A stretch of DNA of 64,000 nt from Caldilineaceae bacterium (GTDB taxonomy: Bacteria > Chloroflexota > Anaerolineae > Caldilineales > Caldilineaceae), in NCBI GenBank assembly GCA_041391225.1, contig JAWKOL010000024.1, positions 38,947-102,946 of the forward strand, read 5' to 3'. Shown here piece by piece: positions 10,857 through 20,139 of the stretch (positions are counted from its first letter, which is position 1; each line of letters starts with the position of its first letter). The notes under the pieces are model-generated. The model saw only the letters and a program-made list of their open reading frames with translations. It ran no database searches and was not told the DNA's origin. The position numbers and the translations under genes were made by a program.

Positions 10857-11795
10857 ATGACACGCGTACTCGGCATCGACGGCGGCGGCACCAGCACCCG
10901 CGCCGTGATCCTCGACGGCAAAGGCAACCTGCTTGGCAGCGGACAGGGCGGCCCGTCCAACTACAACTCGGTGGGGTTAGCCCAGTCGCAGGTCAACGTG
11001 GGCGAAGCCGTGGACGCCGCCCGCCGTGAGGCCGGAATGGATCAACGCCCGTTCGACGCCGTCTTCTTTGGGATGGCCGGCGTCGTCTCGCCGCTGGATC
11101 ATGCGCGTATCCGCAGCATCGGCGTGAACCTGGGGCTGGCCGCAGTGGAACGCATCGGCGTCGATCACGATTGCCGCATCGCGCTGGCCGGTGGGCTGAG
11201 TGGACGCCCCGGCATCGTCCAAATCGCGGGGACAGGCTCGTCGACGTTCGGCGTCAACGCACGGGGCGAAGGCTGGCGTAGCGGCGGCTGGGGTCACCTG
11301 ATCGCGGACGAGGGCAGCGGCTACTGGTTCGGCATCCAGGCCATGCGAGCCGCGGTCCGCGCCTTCGACGGTCGCCTGCCTGCCACTGTGCTGGAGGCGC
11401 GTGTGCTCGATTTCCTCCAGATCAAGGAGATGAACGACATCTTCCAGCCGCTCTACGTGGACACGATGGAGAAGCACGAGATCGCGCGACTGGCCCCGCT
11501 CGTCCTCGACGCCGCGGCCGAAGGCGACGCCGTGGCGCAGCAACTGCTGGCCCAGGGCGTCGATCTGCTGGCCGACTGCGTGGCCGCCGTGGCCCGCCGC
11601 CTGCGCATGGACGGCGACACCGTCGAGATCGCCCTGGTCGGGGGTCTTTTCCAGGCCGGCGATCTCTTTGTCAAACCCTTTGCCGACGCCGTGGCCAGGC
11701 AACTGCCGTCGATTCGCCTGGTCTGGCCAGAACGGTCACCGACGCTGGGCGCGGGAATCCTGGCGCTGGAAATGATCAAGAAGCTAGACGATTGA
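10857..11795 (+). CDS. BadF/BadG/BcrA/BcrD-type ATPase, N-acetylglucosamine-kinase-like sugar kinase
   Basis: Intact 312-aa ORF with LGIDGGGTSTR, AGTGSS and GWGHLIADEGSGYW. Confidence 0.8.
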   Translation: MTRVLGIDGGGTSTRAVILDGKGNLLGSGQGGPSNYNSVGLAQSQVNVGEAVDAARREAGMDQRPFDAVFFGMAGVVSPLDHARIRSIGVNLGLAAVERIGVDHDCRIALAGGLSGRPGIVQIAGTGSSTFGVNARGEGWRSGGWGHLIADEGSGYWFGIQAMRAAVRAFDGRLPATVLEARVLDFLQIKEMNDIFQPLYVDTMEKHEIARLAPLVLDAAAEGDAVAQQLLAQGVDLLADCVAAVARRLRMDGDTVEIALVGGLFQAGDLFVKPFADAVARQLPSIRLVWPERSPTLGAGILALEMIKKLDD

Positions 11796-11831
11796 CGATT
11801 TCCGATTGACGATTTCCGATTGACGATTTTC
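11790..11831. repeat. tandem 14-bp (2 x 7) repeat GATTGAC-GATTTCC x3 overlapping the kinase stop codon
   Basis: Three consecutive copies read directly. Confidence 0.85.
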
Positions 11832-11881
11832 AGATCAAGGTTTCGTTGACCTGCAAACCTGCCCCCCTTCCCGAGGATACC

Positions 11882-14089
11882 ATGCCAACTGCTCGAACGA
11901 TTGATTTTCGCTACGCGCCGCCGGATCGGTGGACCACCATCTGCTTTCCCGATGACCCACACAAGTCGTTGGTGCGCGAGGACGGGGCGCTGCTCTACGG
12001 CTTCCATGACCGCACTTTCGATAGCTGGCGCTTCCGCCGCGTGCTGGAATTTCGCCTGCGTTCGGCGCATGGCCCCATCTCGGTTGATCAACAGACCGAA
12101 AGCGCCAAGATCCCGGTGGTGGTGACGACGATCACCTACCCCAAGGCCACGTTGACGCTGCGTGCCTTTGGTCACCGCGACGCGGAGGGGCGGCGCACCG
12201 ACGTGGTGCAGTGGACGGCGAAAGTCCACGACGACGTCGACGAGTTCCTCACGCTCTTCAAGATCGACGCCTACGAGATGGCGACGGTCTTCACCGGGCG
12301 CTCGCTGGCCCCGGCGCACGCCATTTTCGCCGCGCCCCACGATCAGGACATTCGCCTGCCCGACTTCTTCGAGTCGCAGAGCACCTATCTGGTGGAAGAT
12401 CCTAACGTGTCGCCGCCGGGGCCAATTGCGTTTGTTTCCAGCCCGCAGCCGTTGATTTCGGCGCACCCCGAAGGCTTCCGTCCTTGCTCGGCGCTGAGCA
12501 TCGAACCGGTGATCCTGCGCGGTGGCCAGGAAATCGGCGGCGCGATCATCGTCCTTGTGGATCACGAAGAATACGCCGCGCTGGACGACGCCTGGGCGCA
12601 GACCGCGTTGACCGAGACGCGCCGCTACTGGCAGGATCTGCCCGTCCCCGCGCGCACGATCCACGTCCCCGATCCGGCGGTGAACGACATGATCGTGGCC
12701 TGCGCCCGCAATATCCTCCAGGCGCGAGAGATCAAGAACGGCGTCCCCGAATTTCAGGTCGGGCCGACCATCTACCGCAATCTGTTCGTGGTCGATGGCC
12801 ATTTTCTGCTCGAATGCGCCCAATACCTGGGCTATCCCGACGAAGCCTTCGCCGGGCAGGACGCGCTCCTGAAGCGGGTGCGTCCCAACGGCGCCATCGC
12901 CGAGATGGAGTTCCACCGCAAAGAGACGGGCATCGCCCTCGCCACATTGGTACGCCAGTGCGAGTTGATGGGCCGAGAGGATCGCCTGCTCGAACTGTGG
13001 CCGACGATCCAAAACGCCAGCGGCTACATCGAGTCCATGCGCGAGGAAGCCGCCGCCCTGCCCGAAGACGCGCCCAACTACCGGCTGCTGCCCGACACTT
13101 ACGCCGACGGCGGCATCGGCGGCAAACGCGCCGAGTACACCACCGTCTTCTGGACGCTGGTGGGCCTCAGTTGGATCGCCGACGCCGCCGAACGCCTGGG
13201 CAAAGTGGCCGACGCCGAACGCGCCCGCGCCGCCTTCGCCGATCTCATGGCCGATTTCCGCCGCTGCTTCCAGCGCGACCGCCGCGTCCTCGTAGACGGC
13301 ACGCCCTACACGGCCATGTGGATGACGGGCAGCGGCGCGCACCACTGGATCACCGATTACCCGCTCGACGTGCCTCGTCACCATCACCTGCGCCCGCAGT
13401 CGGGGACATGGGCGATCAACAATGCCATCTACCCCGGCGAAATCTTCGCCCCCGACGATCCGATTGTGCAGGAGCAGTTGGCGCTCTACGACAAGATCGA
13501 CGACGCCGAAGGCACCCCCGTGGAGACCGGCTGGCAGCCCTACAACTGTCTTTGGGGTTACGACGCCTCTTTCTCAGCCCACGCCTGGCTCTACGCAGGC
13601 CGCCCCGACAAGGCGGTGGACTATCTCTACGCCTTCGCTAACCATGCCGCGCCCACGCGCGTCTGGCGCGAGGAACAGTCGATCACCAGCACCGACAACC
13701 GCCAGATCTGCGGCGACATGCCCCACAACTGGGCATCTGCCGAGTTCATACGGCTGGTGCGTCACCTGCTGGTGATGGAACGGGGCGACACGCTTTCGCT
13801 GCTGCCCGGCCTGCCCGCCGAGTGGATCTATCCCGGCGCGGTGCTGCATCTGGAACAGACGCCCACGCGCTTCGGCCCGGTGACACTGCGGATGCAGGTC
13901 CACGAGAACGGGCGCTTCGAGATCAACGTCGTCACCGATCCCAGCGTGGCAGCGCAAACCGGCGGCGCTGTCGCTTCACCTGCCCCCGGCGCAACAGTGG
14001 ACGGCACAGGTGTCACCGCGAACGGGGCGGGCGTGGTCAATCTTCCCTGGCAGGCCGAAATCAGCGTGCAAGGACGATTTTCGATCTAG
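11882..14089 (+). CDS. large uncharacterised protein, probable (alpha/alpha)6-type glycoside hydrolase (paralog 1, intact)
   Basis: ORF 11846..14089, likely ATG at 11882 after GAGGA. GDMPHNWASAEFIRLVR and an overall helical-repeat look suggest a GH15/GH63-like barrel. The family cannot be assigned by eye. Confidence 0.5.
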   Translation: MPTARTIDFRYAPPDRWTTICFPDDPHKSLVREDGALLYGFHDRTFDSWRFRRVLEFRLRSAHGPISVDQQTESAKIPVVVTTITYPKATLTLRAFGHRDAEGRRTDVVQWTAKVHDDVDEFLTLFKIDAYEMATVFTGRSLAPAHAIFAAPHDQDIRLPDFFESQSTYLVEDPNVSPPGPIAFVSSPQPLISAHPEGFRPCSALSIEPVILRGGQEIGGAIIVLVDHEEYAALDDAWAQTALTETRRYWQDLPVPARTIHVPDPAVNDMIVACARNILQAREIKNGVPEFQVGPTIYRNLFVVDGHFLLECAQYLGYPDEAFAGQDALLKRVRPNGAIAEMEFHRKETGIALATLVRQCELMGREDRLLELWPTIQNASGYIESMREEAAALPEDAPNYRLLPDTYADGGIGGKRAEYTTVFWTLVGLSWIADAAERLGKVADAERARAAFADLMADFRRCFQRDRRVLVDGTPYTAMWMTGSGAHHWITDYPLDVPRHHHLRPQSGTWAINNAIYPGEIFAPDDPIVQEQLALYDKIDDAEGTPVETGWQPYNCLWGYDASFSAHAWLYAGRPDKAVDYLYAFANHAAPTRVWREEQSITSTDNRQICGDMPHNWASAEFIRLVRHLLVMERGDTLSLLPGLPAEWIYPGAVLHLEQTPTRFGPVTLRMQVHENGRFEINVVTDPSVAAQTGGAVASPAPGATVDGTGVTANGAGVVNLPWQAEISVQGRFSI

Positions 14090-14116
14090 CTACCGGTCTC
14101 AATTCTCTACGGAATC

Positions 14117-14182
14117 GCGGAGAGAGCATCCTCAGATGCGGCTTGTTCAAATTCACACGGCATCTGAGGATGCCTACTCCGC
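14117..14182. repeat. REP-like palindromic element, family A, copy 1
   Basis: Arms GCGGAGAGAGCATCCTCAGATGC / GCATCTGAGGATGCCTACTCCGC around a 20-nt loop. Near-identical inverted copy at 15702..15767. Confidence 0.85.
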
Positions 14183-14294
14183 TTCAAAATCGTGAATTAC
14201 TGAATCTTGGTTATCCGGTCAGATCCCCCACCTGACGTTTGATAACGATTTCTTCGTTTACCCGTCGTCTTGATTTCATCAGAGGAAGGAAAGG

Positions 14295-15632
14295 ATGAAG
14301 ATGAAACAGTTGGCACGCTTGTCTTTCTTGATGGCGCTGGTGATGTTGATCAGCGCCTGTGTGATGCCTGCCGCGCCTGCGCCGGGCGGCGAGAGCAGCG
14401 GCGGCGGCGAGAGCGCCGAACCGCAGCAGATCGAACTGCTCTACATGACCCACAACCATGCGCCGTCGATCCCGCTCAACGAGTCGATCATCGCCGAGTT
14501 CCAGGAGATGCACCCCAACGTCAAGATCACCTTCGACAACTCGCCGCACGACAACTTCGAGCAGAAGATCCTCACTGCCTTCGCCGGCGGCCAAGGACCG
14601 GACGTCTTCTGGGCCGGTGACTGGATGGTGCCTCAGTTCGTGGAGGCCGGCATCATCGCGCCGGTTGATCCCGCAGCGTTCGGCGTCGATAGCCAGGCCG
14701 AGTACGTGGAACTCTACGAGCCGGGTTCGTTGGATGCCTTCACCGTAGACGGCCGCATCTACACTGGCGGCGTCTCCGAGTACAACACCTTCAGCCTGAT
14801 CTACAACGTCGACGCTTTGACCGAAGCCGGCATCGAACTGCCTTCCAAGGATGAGCCGATGTCCTGGGCAGAGCTGGCCGACATCGCCGCCGCACTCGTG
14901 GTGGAAGAAGACGGCAAACTCGTACGCACCGGCATCACCTGGCCGCCAAACACCCCGATCTGGACAGTGCTCATCGCCGAACCGATGCTGCGCCAGCTTG
15001 GCGGTGAACTGATCAACGCCGAAACCGGCATGCCCGACTTCACCCAGGAGCCGATGGTACAGGTGATGAACTACATGGCCGATCTGCGCAGCACCAACGC
15101 CATCGACCCCGCCACCTACACCAATCTGCTCGAAGACTTCGCCGCCGGTCGCTCCGCCATGATCATCGGCGGGCCGTGGGCAGCCAAGCCGCTCAACGAC
15201 ATGAACCCCGACTTGAACTGGGACACAGCCCCGTTGCCGCAGTTCAACGCCGCCGAGAATCGCGTCACCACGCTCTACTCGTGGGCCTGGTTCGTGGGCG
15301 CGCAGTCCACACCCGAAGAGCAGAAAATGGCGTGGGAATTCGTCAACCTGCTCACCAGCAAGCAACAAGATTGGTGGGACACGGTCGGCTACGTGCAGGC
15401 GCGCAAGGGCGAAATCGACGGCATGTCTCTGCCCGAGTACTACGCCCAGTCCGACGAACGGCTGTCGGTGATCTTCAACGATTACCAGTACGGTAAATTC
15501 CAGTTCCAATCAACGCAGTACTTTGAACTTTCCGACATCTGGACACGCGCCCTCTCCCGCGTTTGGGAAGGCGAGGACATCATGACCGTCCTCGAAGAAG
15601 CGCAGGCCCAGGCCGAAGCAGCGATGCAGTAG
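14295..15632 (+). CDS. ABC transporter extracellular solute-binding lipoprotein (sugar family 1)
   Basis: Intact 445-aa ORF after GGAAGGAAAGG. Lipobox LISAC. GGQGPDVFWAGDWMVPQFVEAG is typical of carbohydrate SBPs. Confidence 0.9.
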   Translation: MKMKQLARLSFLMALVMLISACVMPAAPAPGGESSGGGESAEPQQIELLYMTHNHAPSIPLNESIIAEFQEMHPNVKITFDNSPHDNFEQKILTAFAGGQGPDVFWAGDWMVPQFVEAGIIAPVDPAAFGVDSQAEYVELYEPGSLDAFTVDGRIYTGGVSEYNTFSLIYNVDALTEAGIELPSKDEPMSWAELADIAAALVVEEDGKLVRTGITWPPNTPIWTVLIAEPMLRQLGGELINAETGMPDFTQEPMVQVMNYMADLRSTNAIDPATYTNLLEDFAAGRSAMIIGGPWAAKPLNDMNPDLNWDTAPLPQFNAAENRVTTLYSWAWFVGAQSTPEEQKMAWEFVNLLTSKQQDWWDTVGYVQARKGEIDGMSLPEYYAQSDERLSVIFNDYQYGKFQFQSTQYFELSDIWTRALSRVWEGEDIMTVLEEAQAQAEAAMQ

Positions 15633-15636
15633 TTGT

Positions 15637-15671
15637 GATTGGGGACTAGGGACTGGGGACTGGGGCATAGG
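15637..15671. repeat. heptamer array GATTGGG/GACTGGG x5 (left arm of a nested palindrome)
   Basis: gattggg gactagg gactggg gactggg gcatagg. Its reverse-complement array is at 15813..15845. Confidence 0.85.
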
Positions 15672-15701
15672 TGCCAAGTTAGGCATTGTCACGATTGTAG
15701 C

Positions 15702-15767
15702 GCGGAGCAGGCATCCTCAGATGCCGGTTTGGCCTGAACAAGCCGCATCTGGGGATGCTCTCTCCGC
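15702..15767. repeat. REP-like palindromic element, family A, copy 2 (inverted relative to copy 1)
   Basis: The reverse complement matches 14117..14182 except for 2 stem bases and the loop. Confidence 0.85.
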
Positions 15768-15812
15768 AACTTCACCGACAATCGTAAACGACGGAGACAG
15801 CTTCACCGCCAG

Positions 15813-15845
15813 CCCCTGATCCCCAGTCCCTGATCCCCAGTCCCC
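15813..15845. repeat. heptamer array (CCCCTGAT/CCCCAGT), right arm of the nested palindrome
   Basis: cccctgatccccagtccctgatccccagtcccc read directly. Confidence 0.85.
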
Positions 15846-15856
15846 TTCCTTTCGAG

Positions 15857-16812
15857 GTGCTTATGCTTGGAAAAGACAGCATGCCTACCCCGTCAGCGCT
15901 GCGCAAGCCTGTGCGGAAGACACGTATCTGGGATAGGACGTTGGAGGCGCAGAAGCGGCGCTCTGGGTTGATTTTTGCCCTGCCTGCCTTTCTGTTCTTT
16001 GGTTTTTTCTATATTTATCCGCTGTTCAGCACGTTTCAGGTGAGCCTCTACTCGTGGAGCCTGCTCTCGACGCCTGAATTTCTGGGCATGAACAACTACG
16101 ACGTCTCTTTTCGGATCGGGAGTTCATCAATTCGGTGTGGGTGAGTTTCTACTACGCCATTGGTGTGGTGGTGCCTATCTGGATCCTGGCGCTGGTGTTG
16201 GCGCTGGCCTTTAACCAGCAATTTGGCTTTCGCCAGGGCTATCTCACCATCTACTACCTGCCCGCCGTGATCTCGTTGACCGTCTGGTCGTTGATCTGGC
16301 TGCTCATGTACAACCCCAGTTTCGGCCTTTTCACATCCTTTCTGGAACTTTTCGGCATCCGCGGCACGCGCATGCTCAACGACGTGCAGACCGCCATGCC
16401 GTCCATGCTGATCCTGAGCATCTGGAAGGGTACACCGGTCTACATGTTGATCCTGCTGGCGGGACTGCGTTCGATCCCGCCCGATTACTACGAAGCCGCC
16501 AAAGTAGACGGCGCCGAAGCATGGGCGCGGCTCTGGTACATCACCTTGCCGCTGTTGCGCCCGGTCTTTCTCTACGTCATGGTGATTTCCATCATCGAAG
16601 CGTTCAAGGTCTTTACGCCGATGTACATCCTCACCAATGGCGGCCCAGGATCGGCCACGCGTGTGCTCTCGATGTTCATCTTCCAGAACGGCTTCCAGTT
16701 CTTGAAGATGGGCTATGCCAGCGCAGCGTCGGTGATCTTCCTCTTTATTTTGTTGAGCATCAGCCTCTTCCAATTCCGCGTGCTGCGGCTGGGTTCGTCA
16801 GATTCGCAGTAG
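15857..16812 (+). pseudogene. ABC sugar transporter permease (MalF/UgpA-like), one frame break at T-run 16108-16111
   Basis: ORFs 15857..16144 and 16135..16812. EAA loop [25 protein letters not shown]. Restoring one T gives ...[22 protein letters not shown]. Confidence 0.85.
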
Positions 16813-16849
16813 GCGTCTTTGAGGTGATTCATCCTACCACCGCGTAGCC

Positions 16850-16924
16850 GCGAAAGGTGCGACCCACTGGTCAAGAGATCGTCTTGACAGCATCGCTTCG
16901 TGACCAGTGCGTCGCACCTTTCGC
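16850..16924 (+). repeat. intercistronic stem-loop with 24-nt arms (23/24 paired) between the two permease genes
   Basis: GCGAAAGGTGCGACCCACTGGTCA ... TGACCAGTGCGTCGCACCTTTCGC with a 27-nt loop. Confidence 0.8.
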
Positions 16925-16967
16925 TCTGTCAACTACGGTTGTGGTATTTATCGATCGGGGAAAACGA

Positions 16968-17801
16968 ATGTCGGGAAAAACATTGCGCGTCGTCTGGGGT
17001 GTTGCGCGTCAGGTGATTCTGCTGGGCGGGGCGATCCTCTTTTCGATGCCCATCGTTTATATGGTGTCGGCGTCGCTCATGAGCGCGGACGAACTCTTTT
17101 CCACTTCGGCGCGGCTCTTTCCTTCTGCCCCGCAGTGGACCAACTTTGCCGAGGTCTTCGGGCGCTTCAACTTTGGCCGCTACCTGGGCAATAGCGTGAT
17201 TGTTACCAGCGCTGTGGTGCTGCTCAACCTGCTCTTATCACCTATGGTCGGCTACAGCCTGGCCAAGTTCGACTTTCCGGGCAAAAATCTCCTCTTCATC
17301 TTTATTCTGGCCACGGTGATGGTCCCCTTCACGGCCATCCTGATCCCGCTCTTTTTGATCATCCGCAGCTTGGATTGGGTGAACACCTATCAGGCATTGA
17401 TCCTGCCTTTTGCCATGTCGGCGTTCGGTATTTTCCTCATGCGTCAGTTCGCCCTGGCCGTACCCGACGACTACCTCGACGCCGCCCGCATCGACGGCGC
17501 CAGCGAATACCGCATCTACTTTCAGATCGTGCTGCCGTTGCTGCAACCGGCGCTGATCACCCTGGCCATCATCGTCTTCGTGGCGATTTGGGACGAGTTC
17601 CTGTGGATGCTGGTGGTGACCACCGGTGACAACCTGCGCACGCTGCCCATCGGCCTGGCCAAATTCGTGGAGCAGTACACCACCCGCTTCGAGCTGATGA
17701 TGGCCGGCTCCGTCGTCTCGGCTGCGCCGGTGGTGATCGTCTTTTTGTCCATTCAACAGCGCTTCCTGGAAGGGATGGCCGGGCTTTCCGGTCTCAAATA
17801 A
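16968..17801 (+). CDS. ABC sugar transporter permease (MalG/UgpE-like)
   Basis: In-frame ATG at 16968 of ORF 16857..17801. EAA loop [26 protein letters not shown]. Confidence 0.9.
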   Translation: MSGKTLRVVWGVARQVILLGGAILFSMPIVYMVSASLMSADELFSTSARLFPSAPQWTNFAEVFGRFNFGRYLGNSVIVTSAVVLLNLLLSPMVGYSLAKFDFPGKNLLFIFILATVMVPFTAILIPLFLIIRSLDWVNTYQALILPFAMSAFGIFLMRQFALAVPDDYLDAARIDGASEYRIYFQIVLPLLQPALITLAIIVFVAIWDEFLWMLVVTTGDNLRTLPIGLAKFVEQYTTRFELMMAGSVVSAAPVVIVFLSIQQRFLEGMAGLSGLK

Positions 17802-17803
17802 GC

Positions 17804-19963
17804 ATGACCCACGCGCCGTCGACTTTCGCTACGCCCCTCCCCGTTCGTGGACCTGTATCGGCCGCCCCGACGATCCCTTCAAAACCCTGGTGGACGAACG
17901 CGGGCGGCTGCTCTACGATTTTCAGCGGCAAGGGGAGCGCTACGGCACCTTCCGCTTTGGACGGGTGGTGTCGTTTGCCCTGCACACCGCCGCCCAACGC
18001 TGAAGGTGACACAGGAGACCGAAAGCGCGCGCCCCATCGTCGTGACGCGCATCGCATACCCCACGCCACGTTGACGCTGCGCTCCGCCGGTCACCAACAC
18101 GACGGCGATTTGCGCACCGACATTGTCCTCTGGCAGATCGACATCGCCGACGGTCACGAAGAGATTGTCAGCGGTCTGTGGCTTGATCTGCATGGAGAAA
18201 CGAGCGTTTCGTCCCTGCCGGTCGCGCGCCCAGCCCGTTTGTCTACGCCCACGCCCCCGAGGACATGCCGCTGTGGCGCGGCCTCGACGATCTCTTCGCC
18301 GTCCACGCCGACGTGCCGCCGACGGCGGTGGGGCGCGCGCCGTTCCTGGTATCCACGGCGCCGTTGCAGGTGGCCTCGGCCTTCGATCATGGGCCGTCTT
18401 CGGGGCTGCGCACGGAATTTGCGTTCATCCACGGCGGGTCACCTGCGCGGTGCGCTCTGCTTCCCTCAGAATCACAGCCAGGTGGAAGGAATCGATCTGG
18501 CCTGGGCCGAAGACGCCCTCGCCGCCGAACGCCGCTTCTGGAACGGCTACAAACTTCTCCCCGATACGCTCTCGATCCCCGACGACGGGATCATGGAGAT
18601 GCTCACAGCATGCGCCCGCAACATCTTGCAGGCGCGTGAGATCAAAGACAGGCTGCCCGAATTTCCAGGTGGGGCCGACCATTTACCGCGGCCTTTGGAT
18701 TATCGACGGCTACTTCTTCCTCGAAGCGGCGCAGTTTATGGACAGGCCACAGGAAGCCTGGCGCGGCATCGACGCCCTGCTGCGCCGTGTGCGCCCCAAC
18801 GGCGCCATCGAAGAACGTTCCCTCGACACCAAAGACACCGGCCTTGCCCTCGCCACCATCGTGCGCCAGTGCGAACTCATGCACGACAGCGAACGCCTGC
18901 GTGAACTGTGGCCGACGCTGCGCCGCGCCGTCGACTATGTGCGCTCACTGCACGAGGACGCCTGCCAACTGCCCGAGGACGACCCCGCGCATGGCCTGTT
19001 GCCGGCCTCTTTCGCCAACGGCGGATTGGGCGGCATCCGCGCCGAGTATACCACCGTCCTGTGGATGATGGTGGGGGTGCAGGCGGTGGCGCGGGCGGCG
19101 ATCCGTTTGGGGCTGACCGATGAGGCGGACGAGATCAACGCCTTCTTCACGAAACTCTACACTGCTTTCCGCGAACACGCTGAGCGCGATCAACAGGTCA
19201 CCGCGGACGGTGTTCGCTATCTGCCCATGCTGAAGCCCGGCGGCGGCACACACCACTGGATCCAAGATTTCCCCGGCGATCCGCTGCCGGGAACAAGTGA
19301 ATCCCGGCACGGGGACATGGGCCTTCGCCCATGCCGTCTATCCCGGCCAACTCTTTGCGCCCGACGATCCACTGCTGCAAGATTTCTGTCAATTGCTCGA
19401 TCACCTGGACGACAGACAGGGGATCCCGCGGCCACGGGCTGGCTGCCCTTCGAGGCGCTGTGGAGCTACGCCGCCTCTTTTTACGCCCACGTCTGGCTCT
19501 ACGCCGGGCGGCCCGACAAGGCGGCGGATTACCTCTACGCCTTTGCCAGCCACGCCTCGCCCACGTGTCTGGCGCGAGGAACAGAGCCTGGCCCACATCG
19601 GCCTCGATCAGCAGATCGGCGACATGCCCCACAACTGGGCGTCCGCCGAATTCATCCGATTGGTGCGCAATCTGCTTGTCTTCGAGCGGGGGGACGCTGG
19701 AATGCTGCCCGGCCTGCCCGCCGAGTGGATCGTCCCAGGGCGCACGCTGTCCATCACCACGCCCGCTACGCAGGGGACGGTGCATCTGTCTTTGGCCGTG
19801 GGCGAGGACAACACCGGCGCACTGCACGTGAAGATCGACGGGCCGCCCTGGCGCAGGCGATCCGCGTCCGCATTTACCGTCCGGGCGCGGCGGGTTTCCG
19901 TCTACGCCCCTCACCGTCCAGGACGAGGTCATCGATCCCAGGCGCCGTCTGTCCGCGTTGTAG
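17804..19963 (+). pseudogene. paralog 2 of the 11882..14089 putative glycosidase, at least 10 frame breaks as sequenced
   Basis: Collinear with paralog 1: IDFRYAPP, ILQAREIK, EFQVGPTIYRGLWIIDGYFFLEAAQ, RVRPNGAIEE, AEYTTVLWMMVG, GDMPHNWASAEFIRLVRNLL. The pieces are spread over all three frames. Confidence 0.75.
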
Positions 19964-20014
19964 ATGTTGTGGATGTGCTGATTGGGGGAGAGTGGTGCGG
20001 AGATAGAACGCTGA

Positions 20015-20047
20015 AATAGAACGCGGATGAAGCGGATTTGGGCGGAT
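20015..20047. repeat. GCGGAT-rich REP-like element, family B (single arm)
   Basis: AATAGAACGCGGATGAAGCGGATTTGGGCGGAT matches the arms of the element at 42964..43032. Confidence 0.75.
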
Positions 20048-20087
20048 TTTGATGATACAGGCGCAGCGCCGATTGCGCACGGCGACA

Positions 20088-20121
20088 AGACCCGGCGGGT
20101 TGCAGAAAACCCGCCGGGTCT
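20088..20121. repeat. conserved hairpin, family C (AGACC-N7-GGTT GCAGAAA AACC-N7'-GGTCT)
   Basis: agacccggcgggtt gcagaaa acccgccgggtct. A sister copy at 47424..47463 has an identical loop and three compensatory stem changes. Confidence 0.85.
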
Positions 20122-20139
20122 GCGTCTGGAGCGAGTTGC

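Noticed and set aside
11453-13387. Very long antisense ORFs opposite real genes: 11453..13387 (644 aa), 14211..15509, 26755..28188, 45671..47041, 58615..60162, 60529..62052, 9524..10534.
   Set aside because: All lie exactly opposite genes with clear conserved motifs. They have Arg/Gly/Ala/His/Val-rich featureless sequence and no start context. They are the stop-poor shadow frames expected in GC-rich DNA.
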